Made by a program: the position numbers and the translations under genes
Notes under the pieces: model-generated
Seen by the model: the letters and a program-made list of their open reading frames with translations, nothing else
What the model was told of the DNA's origin: nothing
Databases searched by the model: none
In this document: positions 48,989 through 59,884 of the stretch, one piece after another
Numbering within the stretch: position 1 is the first letter of the stretch
Layout: each line of letters starts with the position of its first letter
From: an uncultured cyanobacterium
Lineage (GTDB): Bacteria; Cyanobacteriota; Cyanobacteriia; Cyanobacteriales; CAWCAG01
DNA length: 64,000 nt
Assembly (NCBI GenBank): GCA_963803805.1
Contig: CAWDOD010000011.1
Coordinates: 416,001 to 480,000, forward strand
Reading direction: 5' to 3'

Positions 48989-49305
48989 ATTACGCAAAGT
49001 TGGTTGAAGATATTATAGAAAAACGTCACCGGAAAAGCTCTCCCGGTCAAGTTAGAGTAGAAAAAGTTATCGATAGAGAGAATCAACATTATCTTTTAAT
49101 CCAAGTAGGCTGGAAAAACAATAAATGTCACTATGGTTGTCTTTTGCACCTAGATATAATCGACGGCAAAATCTACATTCAGCAAAACAATACCGAAGAT
49201 TTTATTGCTCAGAACTTAGTGGAATTAGGAGTGCCAAAAAGTGATATTGTTCTGGGTATTCACGCTCCTTTTGAAAGACAGTTTACCGAGTATGCTATCA
49301 GTTGA
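48979..49305 (+). CDS. xisI: XisI family protein
   Basis: DRENQHYLLIQVGW, GCLLHLDIIDGKIYIQQNNTE, ELGVPKSDIVLG. Confidence 0.92.
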   Translation: MALDYAKLVEDIIEKRHRKSSPGQVRVEKVIDRENQHYLLIQVGWKNNKCHYGCLLHLDIIDGKIYIQQNNTEDFIAQNLVELGVPKSDIVLGIHAPFERQFTEYAIS

Positions 49306-49370
49306 GCAATGAGGTAGTTATTAGCTGTTAGCTATTAGCATCGGTTTTAGTTTTTTCCTTTTGGTAAAAA

Positions 49371-49660
49371 TGCGATCATGGTGGGGAGATTTGGAGCTGA
49401 TGGAGTGCGATCGCGGTGGGGAAGTTGGAGTTGTTGAGGTGCGATTTGATTCTCCAACCGCCAAGGATTAAAATCCCTGGCTAACAGCCCAAGTCATCTT
49501 AAAGATGACTACCAAGTACGGGGATTTTTTCTAAGTGCGATCGTATTGGAGAAGTTGGAGTTGTTGAAGTGCGATCGCACTATCTTAACCATTAGCTATT
49601 AGCCATTAGCTATTAGCAATCGGTTTTAGTTTTTTCTATTTCGTGATAAAGCGATCGCAC
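49371..49660. repeat. Cluster of HIP1-containing dispersed repeats plus a REP-like double hairpin
   Basis: Units like GAAGTTGGAGTTGTTGAGGTGCGATCGC; GCCAAGGATT-aa-AATCCCTGGC and AGTCATCTT-a-AAGATGACT hairpins at about 49457-49510. Confidence 0.7.
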
Positions 49661-49710
49661 TTTTGCTAGTTTTGTATAATCAAATCATCAGCTTCGTCAA
49701 CACAACAAAA

Positions 49711-50028
49711 ATGACTTTTATAAGCACTGACTACAAATACATTCAAATTAATGAAAACAAAGTTCCTATCATTGCTGGAACCACCATGAAAGTAGTCGAA
49801 TTAATCACTTCAGTTAAAGCTTATAATTGGACTCCCGAACAACTCCACCAGAATTATCCATACCTTTCTATGAGTAAGATTTACTCTGCTTTGGCTTACT
49901 ACTGGGATCATCAAAAAGAACTTGATACAGATATGGAAAGACGTTATCAGTTTGCTGAGAAAATGCGGCGAGAAGCAACCCATACTTCTTTAGCTGAAAA
50001 ACTAAAAGCTAGAGGGTTTGTCAAGTGA
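49711..50028 (+). CDS. DUF433 family putative antitoxin
   Basis: PIIAGTTMKVVEL, WTPEQLHQNYPYLSMSKIYSALAYYWDH; GTGA overlap with the next gene. Confidence 0.88.
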   Translation: MTFISTDYKYIQINENKVPIIAGTTMKVVELITSVKAYNWTPEQLHQNYPYLSMSKIYSALAYYWDHQKELDTDMERRYQFAEKMRREATHTSLAEKLKARGFVK

Positions 50029-50373
50029 CTATAGCTCTTTATATGGATGAGCAAGTCCCCAAAGCCATTACTGTTAGTTTACGACAAAGAGATGTTGATG
50101 TTCTCTCTATTCAAGAGGATAGTCGCAGTGGCTACCCTGACCCCATTTTACTTGACCGGGCAACGGAATTAGAAAGAGTTATGTTTTCGCAAGATGACTC
50201 TTTCTTAGCTGAAGCACATCGCCGTCAAACAGAAGGAGTAGATTTTGCTGGTGTTATCTATGCTCATCAAAAAAAATATTTCTCTTGGAGATTGTATCCG
50301 CGATTTGGAAATAGTTGCTAAGGTTTTGGAACCAGAGGATTGCGCTAATCTTGTGCATTATCTCCCTCTATAA
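50025..50373 (+). pseudogene. DUF5615 PIN-like toxin, frameshifted at an A8 run (50269-50276)
   Basis: LYMDEQVP...SQDDSFL...FAGVIYAHQ; removing one A restores KNISLGDCIRDLEIVAKVLEPEDCANLVHYLPL*. Confidence 0.82.
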
Positions 50374-50396
50374 ACAGTATTTTGTAGCGATTATCT

Positions 50397-50452
50397 CAGA
50401 AGTTGGAGTTGATGAGGTGCGATCGCAGTGGAGAGGTTGGAGTTGTTGATCG
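50397..50452. repeat. Further copies of the HIP1-containing repeat
   Basis: GAAGTTGGAGTTGATGAGGTGCGATCGCAGTGGAGAGGTTGGAGTTGTTGATCG. Confidence 0.7.
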
Positions 50453-50732
50453 TCGATATAATTTCGCCCCCCGGCCCCAATCTGGGAAAGAAAATAACTT
50501 AAAGTTTCAGCAACGCGCGATCGCTTGGATAAGGTAAGGAAATTTAGTTATCAACTTGGCATAAAAAATGAGTTTGCATGAGCCAACTTGACAATTTTTG
50601 CGTAAATACTCTTAATTTATTTTCTTGATGAAGTTGCTTTTTTGCTATTTACTTTGTGAGGAAAATAATTTTAACATAACAACGAGGCAACTAAAAGCAA
50701 GAATCTATACAAAAGAATAAAGGAAAGTACTG

Positions 50733-51632
50733 ATGAAAACTCTATTCCCAAGCATCACCATTGCCACCATCACTGGCACTATCGTCAGTCTAGGGGCAAT
50801 AGCTAATCCTGCTGAAGCTGCTAGCTTCAACTTTTCTTATACCCTCAATAGCGGAGATATCATCAGTGGGATGCTAGAAGGGGAAGTTCAAGATGATAAT
50901 GATACGGTCATCGTTTCAGAAATTAGTATGCCCAGCTTAAACGATGAACTTGGCCCCGAATTGCCTTTTATTGAATCTATAGCTGAAATTGTTTCAGGAC
51001 TTGATTTGGCCACCTTACTTAGGTTACTCAGCTCAGACTCACCTTCTTTCGGATCTTTAGTTGACCTTACAGCAGGGCCTTCTGGAACTCCAAAAGTTAG
51101 CTTCAGTGGCTCAGTTATGGATATTATCACCTGCTCTCTTCCAGAATGTGATGATGGCTTTGCGTTTGAAAGTAAGGGTTTGTTTATTGGTGGTGCGCCT
51201 TTTTTCAGTAGCAGTCCATCTTATGGTAATAGCCCTGCTGAACTCTATGATCCAACCAATTGGCAGCTTACAGCTAAAACCCCAACACCTGAACCAACCC
51301 CAACACCAACTCCAACACCAACTCCAACCCCTGAACCAACCCCAACACCAACTCCAACCCCTGAACCAACCCCTGAACCAACTCCAACCCCTACACCAAC
51401 TCCAACCCCAACCCCAACTCCAACTCCAACCCCTGAACCAACACCAACTCCAACTCCAACCCCTGAACCAACCCCAACCCCTGAACCAACCCCAACACCT
51501 GAATCAACACCAACTCCAACTCCAACCCCAACATCAGAACCGACTTCTATACCAGAACCAACTTCTATATTAGGTCTTCTCGCTATGGGTGCTTTGGGGG
51601 TTGCTTCCAAATTAAAGGGCCGCAAAAAGTAG
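50733..51632 (+). CDS. PEP-CTERM surface protein with long Pro/Thr linker
   Basis: Signal peptide ending AEA; (PT/PE)n tract of about 88 aa; [27 protein letters not shown]. Confidence 0.9.
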   Translation: MKTLFPSITIATITGTIVSLGAIANPAEAASFNFSYTLNSGDIISGMLEGEVQDDNDTVIVSEISMPSLNDELGPELPFIESIAEIVSGLDLATLLRLLSSDSPSFGSLVDLTAGPSGTPKVSFSGSVMDIITCSLPECDDGFAFESKGLFIGGAPFFSSSPSYGNSPAELYDPTNWQLTAKTPTPEPTPTPTPTPTPTPEPTPTPTPTPEPTPEPTPTPTPTPTPTPTPTPTPEPTPTPTPTPEPTPTPEPTPTPESTPTPTPTPTSEPTSIPEPTSILGLLAMGALGVASKLKGRKK

Positions 51633-51638
51633 CTCTAT

Positions 51639-51700
51639 GTAGGAGAAGGGTTTAGCTAAATCTATGCTATTATCTGGAATCTAGATAAACCCGCCCCTAC
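51639..51700. repeat. GTAG-type REP-like element
   Basis: GTAGGAGAAGGGTTT...AAACCCGCCCCTAC imperfect inverted ends. Confidence 0.5.
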
Positions 51701-51838
51701 AATAAATTTCTAATTGACGGCTATTTCCTAAAACCCAAAACTCTCGCTCTTGTATCTTAAGAAAGAACAGCAACATAACATCTTGCTATACTAAATCCCA
51801 TAACCACTACAGATATTGCTGGGAAATAACTTTAGCCA

Positions 51839-54502
51839 ATGCAGCCCACCGACGATAGCAAATTTACCGATCAAGCTTGGGAAGGGATTGTTAAATCTCA
51901 AGAAATTGCCCGACGCTTTCAGAATCAGCAGCTAGAGGTGGAACATTTGATGTTAAGCCTGCTGAAGGAAGAAGGGTTGGCGCAACGAGTTTTGAAGAAA
52001 GCGAATATTGATATAGCCAGATTGAACCAACAATTAGAAGCGTTTACCGGCAGACAAGCGAAGTTGGCCAAGGTCGATCAGCTTTATTTAGGTAAGGCAT
52101 TAGATGTTCTTTTAGATAAAGCCGAAGCTTCTAGGGTTAGTTGGCAAGATAAGTTTATTTCTGTTGAACATTTACTGATTGGTTTCGCTGAAGATGAACG
52201 CATTGGGCGTACATTACTCCGCAAGTTTAATTTAGATCCCCAGGATTTGGAATCGGTAATTAAGGAAGTGCGGGGTTCTCAGAAAGTTACAGAACCAGAT
52301 CAAGAAGAGAAATACGAAGCCTTAGAAAAGTTTGGCCGGGATTTAACAGAACAAGCTAAATTAGGTAAACTTGACCCCGTAATTGGGCGGGATGAAGAAA
52401 TTCGCCGAGTAGTTCAGGTTTTGTCCCGACGTTCTAAAAATAACCCCGTTTTAATTGGGGAACCAGGGGTTGGTAAAACTGCGATCGCCGAAGGACTAGC
52501 CCAAAGAATTATTAATGGTGATGTGCCAGAATCATTAAAAAATCGCCAACTAATTACCCTAGATATGGGTAGCCTCATTGCCGGGGCAAAATACCGGGGG
52601 GAATTTGAAGCCCGGTTGCGTACAGTCCTGCGGGAAGTAACTAATTCTGAAGGTCAAATTGTCCTATTTATCGACGAACTCCACACCGTTGTTGGTACAG
52701 GTTCTAGTCAAGGTTCCATGGATGCGGGGAACCTACTTAAACCCATGTTAGCCAGGGGAGAATTAAGGTGTATTGGGGCTACCACCTTAGATGAGTATCG
52801 CAAGCATATTGAAAAAGATCCCGCCTTAGAAAGACGTTTCCAACAGGTCTTAGTTAAACAACCTACCGTTGAAGATACCATCTCCATCTTAAGAGGATTA
52901 AAAGAACGCTACGAAGTCCACCACGGGGTGAAAATAACCGATTCTTCCCTCGTTGCAGCCGCTACCCTTTCCCACCGTTATATTAGCGATCGCTTTCTCC
53001 CCGACAAAGCTATTGATTTAGTAGATGAAGCAGCAGCGAAGTTAAAAATGGAGATTACCTCCAAACCCGTAGAATTGGAAGTCATCGACCGTCGCATCAT
53101 GCAATTACAAATGGAAAAACTTTCTTTAGAAGGGGAAAAAGAACCAGGGGCAACCTCCCCCGGTTATAGTTCTGCTAAAGATCGGTTAGAGAAAATTGAA
53201 CAAGAAATTAATGGCTTACAGGGTAAGCAAGAAAAACTTTCTTCTCAATGGCAATCAGAGAAGCAAATGTTAGAAGAGATTAAGAACCTCAAAGAAGAAG
53301 AAGAAAAGCTTCGTTTGCAGGTAGAACAAGCAGAAAGGGCCTATGACCTTAATAAGGCTGCCCAATTAAAATACGGGCGTTTAGAAGGAATACAGAGGGT
53401 TTTAGAAGAGAAAGAAAGTAAGCTTTTAGATATTCAATCTAAGGGTACAGCCTTGTTACGGGAAGAGGTAACAGAAGGGGATATTGCCGAAATTGTCGCC
53501 CGTTGGACAGGTATTCCCGTTAACCGTCTTTTAGAATCAGAAAGGCAAAAATTATTACAATTAGAAGGTCATTTACATCAAAGAGTAATTGGGCAACAAG
53601 AAGCTGTATCTGCTGTCGCAGCAGCTATACGCCGCGCCAGGGCAGGAATGAAAGACCCCTCTCGTCCCATTGGTTCCTTCCTTTTCATGGGGCCTACAGG
53701 GGTAGGAAAAACGGAATTAGCCAGAACCTTAGCCCAGTTCCTTTTTGATAGCGACGAAGCCCTAGTACGCATCGATATGTCGGAGTATATGGAGAAACAC
53801 GCCGTCTCTCGGTTAGTAGGTGCGCCTCCGGGGTATGTTGGTTATGAAGAAGGAGGACAATTAACCGAAGCGATTCGTCGTCGTCCCTACTCAGTATTGC
53901 TATTGGATGAAGTGGAAAAGGCCCATGCTGATGTCTTTAACATTTTGTTGCAAGTCCTTGACGACGGGCGGGTAACAGATTCCCAAGGTAGAACCGTTGA
54001 TTTTCGCAACACCATTATCGTCATGACTAGTAATATTGGTAGCGAACATATCCTTAACGTTACAGGTAAAAAATCTGATTATGAACAGATTCACAAAAAA
54101 GTGACTGAAGCCTTGCGAGGACACTTCCGTCCGGAATTTCTTAATCGAGTAGACGATCTAATTATCTTCCATCCCCTCAACAAAAAAGAGTTACGACAAA
54201 TTGTTACTATTCAACTCAAACGTATCGAGAAACTTTTAGCTGACCAAAAGTTAACCTTAGAACTTTCTGATGCCGCACAAGATTATATTGTTAATGTTGG
54301 CTATGACCCTGTTTATGGGGCCCGTCCTTTAAAAAGGGCAATTCAAAAAGAATTAGAAAATCCTATTGCCACAAAAATATTGGAAAACACCTTCGTAGAA
54401 GGGGATACGGTGATTATCGACTGTGCCGACAATAGCTTAACATTTGGCAAGCAAGAGGAGGAGTCTGTTAAGGTGGTGAAACCAGAAGTGGTTCCTGGTT
54501 AG
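51839..54502 (+). CDS. clpB: ATP-dependent chaperone ClpB
   Basis: Two AAA+ modules ([16 protein letters not shown]) and a coiled-coil M domain. Confidence 0.96.
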   Translation: MQPTDDSKFTDQAWEGIVKSQEIARRFQNQQLEVEHLMLSLLKEEGLAQRVLKKANIDIARLNQQLEAFTGRQAKLAKVDQLYLGKALDVLLDKAEASRVSWQDKFISVEHLLIGFAEDERIGRTLLRKFNLDPQDLESVIKEVRGSQKVTEPDQEEKYEALEKFGRDLTEQAKLGKLDPVIGRDEEIRRVVQVLSRRSKNNPVLIGEPGVGKTAIAEGLAQRIINGDVPESLKNRQLITLDMGSLIAGAKYRGEFEARLRTVLREVTNSEGQIVLFIDELHTVVGTGSSQGSMDAGNLLKPMLARGELRCIGATTLDEYRKHIEKDPALERRFQQVLVKQPTVEDTISILRGLKERYEVHHGVKITDSSLVAAATLSHRYISDRFLPDKAIDLVDEAAAKLKMEITSKPVELEVIDRRIMQLQMEKLSLEGEKEPGATSPGYSSAKDRLEKIEQEINGLQGKQEKLSSQWQSEKQMLEEIKNLKEEEEKLRLQVEQAERAYDLNKAAQLKYGRLEGIQRVLEEKESKLLDIQSKGTALLREEVTEGDIAEIVARWTGIPVNRLLESERQKLLQLEGHLHQRVIGQQEAVSAVAAAIRRARAGMKDPSRPIGSFLFMGPTGVGKTELARTLAQFLFDSDEALVRIDMSEYMEKHAVSRLVGAPPGYVGYEEGGQLTEAIRRRPYSVLLLDEVEKAHADVFNILLQVLDDGRVTDSQGRTVDFRNTIIVMTSNIGSEHILNVTGKKSDYEQIHKKVTEALRGHFRPEFLNRVDDLIIFHPLNKKELRQIVTIQLKRIEKLLADQKLTLELSDAAQDYIVNVGYDPVYGARPLKRAIQKELENPIATKILENTFVEGDTVIIDCADNSLTFGKQEEESVKVVKPEVVPG

Positions 54503-54534
54503 GATATCACCATCTACCAAACAAATTAACAATT

Positions 54535-55479
54535 ATGTCCGTTGATTTTACTGTAGCAATTCCTACCTACAACGGGGCAACTCGTCTACCCAAAGTATTA
54601 GAAAAACTCACCTTACAAACTGGTACAGAACAACTGAATTGGGAAATTCTGGTTGTTGATAATAACAGCAGCGATGCCACTGCTGAAGTAGTCAAAGAGT
54701 ATCAGGCTAGTTGGGACAATTCTATGTCTCTAAGGTACTGTTTTGAGTCGCAACAAGGAGCTGCTTTTGCACGGCAATTAGCAATTAGAAAAGCCAAAGG
54801 AGAACTAATTGCTTTTCTTGATGACGATAATTGGCCTGATCCTAACTGGGTTAGATCTGCCTATACGTTTGCCCAACATCATCCCCAAGCAGGGGCGATA
54901 GGTGGACAAATACATGGGGACTTAGAAGTTGAACCTCCCGCTAATTTTGAGAGAATTAGAGCCTTTTTAGCCATCCGAGAACATGGCCCAGAACCCCATT
55001 TATTTGACCCTGATAATCTCCGCCTTCCCCCTGGTGCTTCTTTACTGGTACGTAAAACAGCTTGGTTAGAAAGCGTTCCTCCTCGTCCAACTTTAACAGG
55101 TAAATTACCTGGGGTGATGGTACAAGGAGATGATTATGAACCCTTACTATATATGCACAAAGCTGGTTGGGAAATTTGGTACAACCCAGCTATGCACACT
55201 TACCATCAAATTCCCCATTGGCGTTTAGAAAGAGAATATTTACTTAATATATCTCGTGGTTGCGGCTTGGCAACCTGTCAACTAAAAATGATTAATACTA
55301 AATCTTGGCAGAAGCCTTGGGTTATTGCTAAAACTTTTTTAGGTAATTCCCGTCGCTTTGTAGCACATTATCTCAAATATAGAAAGCAACTAAAACAGGA
55401 TTTAGTTACAGCTTGCGAGTTAGAATTTTTTCGAGCTAGTTTAATGAGTAGTTTTTATCTCTTGAGACTTAAATCTTAA
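54535..55479 (+). CDS. hpsE: GT2 glycosyltransferase, HpsE-like
   Basis: DFTVAIPTYNGATRLP, VVDNNSSD, QGAAFARQ, FLDDDN, GWEIWYNPAM. Confidence 0.75.
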   Translation: MSVDFTVAIPTYNGATRLPKVLEKLTLQTGTEQLNWEILVVDNNSSDATAEVVKEYQASWDNSMSLRYCFESQQGAAFARQLAIRKAKGELIAFLDDDNWPDPNWVRSAYTFAQHHPQAGAIGGQIHGDLEVEPPANFERIRAFLAIREHGPEPHLFDPDNLRLPPGASLLVRKTAWLESVPPRPTLTGKLPGVMVQGDDYEPLLYMHKAGWEIWYNPAMHTYHQIPHWRLEREYLLNISRGCGLATCQLKMINTKSWQKPWVIAKTFLGNSRRFVAHYLKYRKQLKQDLVTACELEFFRASLMSSFYLLRLKS

Positions 55480-55553
55480 GCTAGACATACTCTCTAAGAA
55501 AATATGGGAATAATATTGGTATCTAGATTTAGTAGAGAATTTTTTTAAGTCAT

Positions 55554-56540
55554 ATGCCACTGATATCGGTAGTTATACCCGTTTACAACGGAGAAAAAAC
55601 TATTAAATTAACCATCGAATCAGTTTTAAAGCAAACTTGCTCTGATTGGGAATTAATCGTAGTTAATGATGGTTCTACGGATTCCACTCTTGATTTAGTT
55701 CAAGCTATTCAAGATGAACGTATTAAAATTTTTACCTATCCTAATTCTGGCCCTAATCCAACCCGCAATCGTGGTTTTTCCCATGCTTGTGGCCAATATA
55801 TTTCTTTTTTAGATGCAGATGATTTGTGGAGTCCAGATAAACTAGAAAAACAACTACAAGCAATAGAAAGTTCTTCTTCAGCAAAAGTTGCTTATAGCTG
55901 GACAAATTGGGTCAATGAAAAAGGGGAATTAATACGTAGGGGTAGTTATAAAACAGCTAATGGCGACGTATTTGCCAAACTATTATTAATTGATTTTATT
56001 GAAAGTGGTTCTAATCCTTTAATATCCAAACAAGCTTTTGCTGAAGTTGGTGGTTTTGATGAAACTCTTCCTGCTGCACAAGATTGGGATATGTGGTTAA
56101 GATTAGCAGCTAAAAATCATTTTGTTTGTGTCGAATTTCCACAGATTTTTTATCGGGTTTCTCCTGGTTCTTGGTCTTCTAATGTAGAAAGAATGGAAGC
56201 AGCTAGTTTAAGAGTAATTGAACGTTCTCTTGCTGAAGCCCCTAAATCGGTACAAAGGTTAAGAAGAGATATTTTTGCTAATCGTTATAAAGGATTGGTT
56301 CATAGAACTTTACAAGGTGAATCCCAAAGAAGCAAAGGTTTAATAGCATCAAAATTTCTTTGGCAAACTCTTAAGTACGATCCATCTTTTTTAAGAGCTA
56401 GAGTATTAGCTAAAGTTTTAGGCAGGATTATGATCATGACTCTTTTGCCTCCCCGACAAGCCCAGGCACTATTGAATAAGGCAGGTAAGTTATCCAATAT
56501 TGATGCTTTGATGGGTTATTTATGTTTAGAACCTTATTGA
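55554..56540 (+). CDS. GT2 glycosyltransferase
   Basis: ISVVIPVYN, VNDGSTD, FLDADDLW, ESGSNPLI. Confidence 0.9.
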   Translation: MPLISVVIPVYNGEKTIKLTIESVLKQTCSDWELIVVNDGSTDSTLDLVQAIQDERIKIFTYPNSGPNPTRNRGFSHACGQYISFLDADDLWSPDKLEKQLQAIESSSSAKVAYSWTNWVNEKGELIRRGSYKTANGDVFAKLLLIDFIESGSNPLISKQAFAEVGGFDETLPAAQDWDMWLRLAAKNHFVCVEFPQIFYRVSPGSWSSNVERMEAASLRVIERSLAEAPKSVQRLRRDIFANRYKGLVHRTLQGESQRSKGLIASKFLWQTLKYDPSFLRARVLAKVLGRIMIMTLLPPRQAQALLNKAGKLSNIDALMGYLCLEPY

Positions 56541-56544
56541 TTGT

Positions 56545-57486
56545 ATGCCTACTATATCTGTAATTGTTCCAGCTTATAATGCTGAAAAGACAATTCAATC
56601 AACTATTAATTCTGTTTTGCAACAAACTTGGGCTGATTTTGAAATACTAGTTATTAATGACGGTTCTACTGATTTCACTTTAGAGAAAGTAGCTGCAATT
56701 GCCGATCAGAGAATCAAAGTATTTTCTCAGGAAAACAGTGGTGTTAGTGCAAGTCGCAATCGAGGTATGTCTCTTGCTCAAGGTGAATATGTTGCTTTTT
56801 TAGATGCAGACGATCTTTGGCAAGAAAATAAACTAAAAGAACAATTAGAAGCCTTACAAAATAATCCCCAAGCAGGAGTAGCTTATAGTTGGACAGATTA
56901 TATCGATGAATCCGGTAATTTTTTACATCCTGGAGAGCATAAAACCTTAAATGGCCATGTTTATCAGGATATTTTATTACATAATTTTTTAGAAAATGGT
57001 TCTAATCCTTTAATAAAAAAAGCAGCTTTGCAGGAAGTTGGTGATTTTGATGAATCTTTAGCCTATGGTGAAGATTGGGAATTATGGACTCGTCTCGCTA
57101 CTAAATACGATTTTGTTGCTCTACCTCGCACTCACATTTTATATCGCATGGGGAGTAATTCTGCTTCTAGCAATCTCATAAAAATGGAAAGGCAAGGACT
57201 AGAAGTTATTGAAAAAATGTTTTGTGATGCTCCTAGTTCTTTTGGGTATCTTAAAAGACAAAGCGTTAGTAACTTTTATCAATATTTACTTTTTAGAGTT
57301 TTAGAAGGAGAAGTTTCTAGAGTAAAAGGTATACAGGCAGCTAAATTTTTATTTAAAGCTTGGCAATCTGATTTTTGGTTGATCAAGCGACGAAGTAGGC
57401 TGATTGGGATTATTTTCCTAAAAATATTAGCAGTTGTTTTGATACCGAAGCAACAAAATGAGCTAAAAAAGTTATTTAGAAGCTGA
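56545..57486 (+). CDS. GT2 glycosyltransferase (paralog of the upstream gene)
   Basis: ISVIVPAYN, INDGSTD, FLDADDLW, ENGSNPLI. Confidence 0.9.
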   Translation: MPTISVIVPAYNAEKTIQSTINSVLQQTWADFEILVINDGSTDFTLEKVAAIADQRIKVFSQENSGVSASRNRGMSLAQGEYVAFLDADDLWQENKLKEQLEALQNNPQAGVAYSWTDYIDESGNFLHPGEHKTLNGHVYQDILLHNFLENGSNPLIKKAALQEVGDFDESLAYGEDWELWTRLATKYDFVALPRTHILYRMGSNSASSNLIKMERQGLEVIEKMFCDAPSSFGYLKRQSVSNFYQYLLFRVLEGEVSRVKGIQAAKFLFKAWQSDFWLIKRRSRLIGIIFLKILAVVLIPKQQNELKKLFRS

Positions 57487-57517
57487 ATTTTAAGTGTAGA
57501 TAATTTTGAGGTGGTTA

Positions 57518-58138
57518 ATGACTACAACACAAGAATATTTAAGCAAAAATAGACTAATTAGCTATTATAATCAAGCTAGAATTATTCGCTCCCTCGGTCG
57601 TCAAGTTAAAGACATCCTGGAGATTGGTACATATAATTCCTTATTTTCAGAACTACTAGCTAGATACGGCTATAACGTCACTACAGCAGATTTTGATGCT
57701 GCTTTAGAACCAGATATGATTCTCGACCTGACTAGCGATTTTCAGATTCCTCAGCAGACTTTTGATGCCATAGTTATCTTTCAGGTTCTAGAACATATTC
57801 CTTATGATAAGTTTGAGATGGCTTTAGAGAAAATTGCTCAATCTACTAAGCAATTTGTAGTTATTTCCTTACCTTATAATACTGAATACTTTTCTTTCCA
57901 GTTCCACTTTTCCTTTAATAAAAGACCTCGCAGTTTACTTTTGCAAATTCCTAAATTCTGGAGTCAACAGCCAGTAACTCCCGATGAACATTGCTGGGAA
58001 ATTGGTCTTAAAGGATATCCTAAAAAACGCATTAGCAATTCGATTAAAAATGCTGGTTTGAATATTATTAGAGAATATCAAGATGCTCTACATCCATATC
58101 ATTACTTTTTCGTTTTGGAGAGTAAGGTAAATAAATAG
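57518..58138 (+). CDS. Class I SAM-dependent methyltransferase
   Basis: ILEIG, FDAIVIFQVLEHIP; GAGG RBS before ATG 57518. Confidence 0.78.
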   Translation: MTTTQEYLSKNRLISYYNQARIIRSLGRQVKDILEIGTYNSLFSELLARYGYNVTTADFDAALEPDMILDLTSDFQIPQQTFDAIVIFQVLEHIPYDKFEMALEKIAQSTKQFVVISLPYNTEYFSFQFHFSFNKRPRSLLLQIPKFWSQQPVTPDEHCWEIGLKGYPKKRISNSIKNAGLNIIREYQDALHPYHYFFVLESKVNK

Positions 58139-58351
58139 GTAGTCATGTAGAGGTAATTATTTTAAAATAAACAGAGTAAATAGGGACACAACATTGTCTC
58201 CCTATAAAAGTATCTTGGTTTTGGTAAATGAGGAATGTTTTCCTTGGTAGTTACTCTTGATTCAAAATCTAAACCAAATTTGTAGACGCAACTATAACCT
58301 GAGAAATAATAAAGAGATTTTGATTATATGCACAACAACCATATCTAACTA

Positions 58352-58903
58352 TTAACTATTGATATCTTCAAAAATAGCTCCTAGTTGCAACAATTTTTGC
58401 TTCATTGGTTCGGAAATACCATGATTCATTTTGAACCTGGCGTTTCTGAATTGAGCTGCTGTGAGGGTAACTTCAAACAAGTTGGCCCCTCGCAAATCTG
58501 CTCCCATAAAATCAGCACCAATTAAATTAGCTCTACTAAGGTTTGCACCAATAAGGTTTGCTTCTCGTAAATGAGCGCCTAGTAAATTAGCTTCGGTGAG
58601 ATTGGCTGCTTTGAGATCTGCTCTTTTAAGACGAGCGCCTTTAAGGATAGCTAAACACAATTTGGTTCCTGTTAAATCAGCTTCTCTCAAATCTGCACCA
58701 ATAAGGTTTGCTTCAGTGAGGTTAGCTCCGGCAAAATTAGCACCTTTTAGGTTTGCTTCTCTTAAGTCAGCTTTAGTTAAATTAGCTCCGATGAAGTTAA
58801 GGTTTTGCTTAGAATCGAGCTTTTTTGCTTTATTCCATGCTTTCACTCCTGGCCTCGCTAAAGCGATTATTTGGCTCATAATCGGTCTCGGTGGTACATT
58901 CAT
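58352..58903 (-). CDS. Pentapeptide repeat protein
   Basis: About 20 A(N/D)Lxx repeats. Confidence 0.9.
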   Translation of the reverse strand: MNVPPRPIMSQIIALARPGVKAWNKAKKLDSKQNLNFIGANLTKADLREANLKGANFAGANLTEANLIGADLREADLTGTKLCLAILKGARLKRADLKAANLTEANLLGAHLREANLIGANLSRANLIGADFMGADLRGANLFEVTLTAAQFRNARFKMNHGISEPMKQKLLQLGAIFEDINS

Positions 58904-59656
58904 AGCTCGATAAGCTATGCTCCTATTGTCTTCATCAAGGATTTGTTATTACATCCGTGATTTTGATTAATTTTGAAACTTTTTTTGAGACTGTTATACT
59001 AGCATTTATCAAACCTTTTGATTGATATATAAAGTCGCATTTGTATCGATTAAATTGAAGTTGCAACCTTGAGGTTGTTTATTGAGCCTAAGAGTTGTTA
59101 ATTTGTTTAGTTTTCATGATCTTGTCAATTGATTGCCCTGACTGAGTTAATTGCCTTTGTAGTGGTTTGCTCAGGTAAGAGATTTTGTGGTCTAAGATTT
59201 AATCATTAATTGCAATCAGTTATATTACTGTCTTGCTATAGCTCATGTTAGCTAAACTAAGTAAATATACTATCAGTATTCACTTATCTTAGTTGAATTT
59301 TTAAAATTTCTTCCTCATCACTTATAATCAAAGGTTTAAAAATAACCATTTGTTATCTATGCCGTCTACTCCTTACTCTTAAAGCTCAGAGTTTTGTACT
59401 TTAAAAAATATTAAATACCATATATTTTCCTTAAGAAAAACCAATAATTATTAACAATAAACTAGTATTATTAATACTTTTAAATTAGTATTGCCACATC
59501 TAAGCTAATTAGACTTTTTAGTAAGAGGCTCTGCTAAAGTAATAAGACTACTAAGAAATAGCATACTTTAGACCCCTATATATTTTATCAACAACTTTTC
59601 TTTTGTTGGTTTTTTAAGATAGTTGCTATTTTCTAAAACAAAGTGAGGCAATTTCC

Positions 59657-59809
59657 ATGAAAGTTTATCAGTTATTAGATAGAGTCGGCCAATTCCTCTC
59701 AGAAGCAATAGCAAGAATATTTTCTCCTAGTGATGATTATTATCCAGTGATTGGAGTACAACCATTTTCTGGGGAACCTTTCCACGGTACAGGAGACACG
59801 GATTGGTAA
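59657..59809 (+). CDS. Small (50-aa) conserved cyanobacterial protein (not in ORF track)
   Basis: MKVYQLLDRVGQFLSEAIARIFSPSDDYYPVIGVQPFSGEPFHGTGDTDW*; GAGG RBS upstream; the EAxARIFSPxDDxYPxxGVQPFxG motif is recognisable from cyanobacterial small proteins. Confidence 0.75.
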   Translation: MKVYQLLDRVGQFLSEAIARIFSPSDDYYPVIGVQPFSGEPFHGTGDTDW

Positions 59810-59884
59810 GGGAAAAATTAATAGGTAATAGGTAATAGGTAAGGAATACAATGTTATCTTTACCCTTTACCCTTTACCTTTTTT

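Noticed and set aside
51061-51625. Q/L/P-rich and G/V-rich ORFs
   Set aside because: Alternative-frame and antisense readings of the Pro/Thr linker
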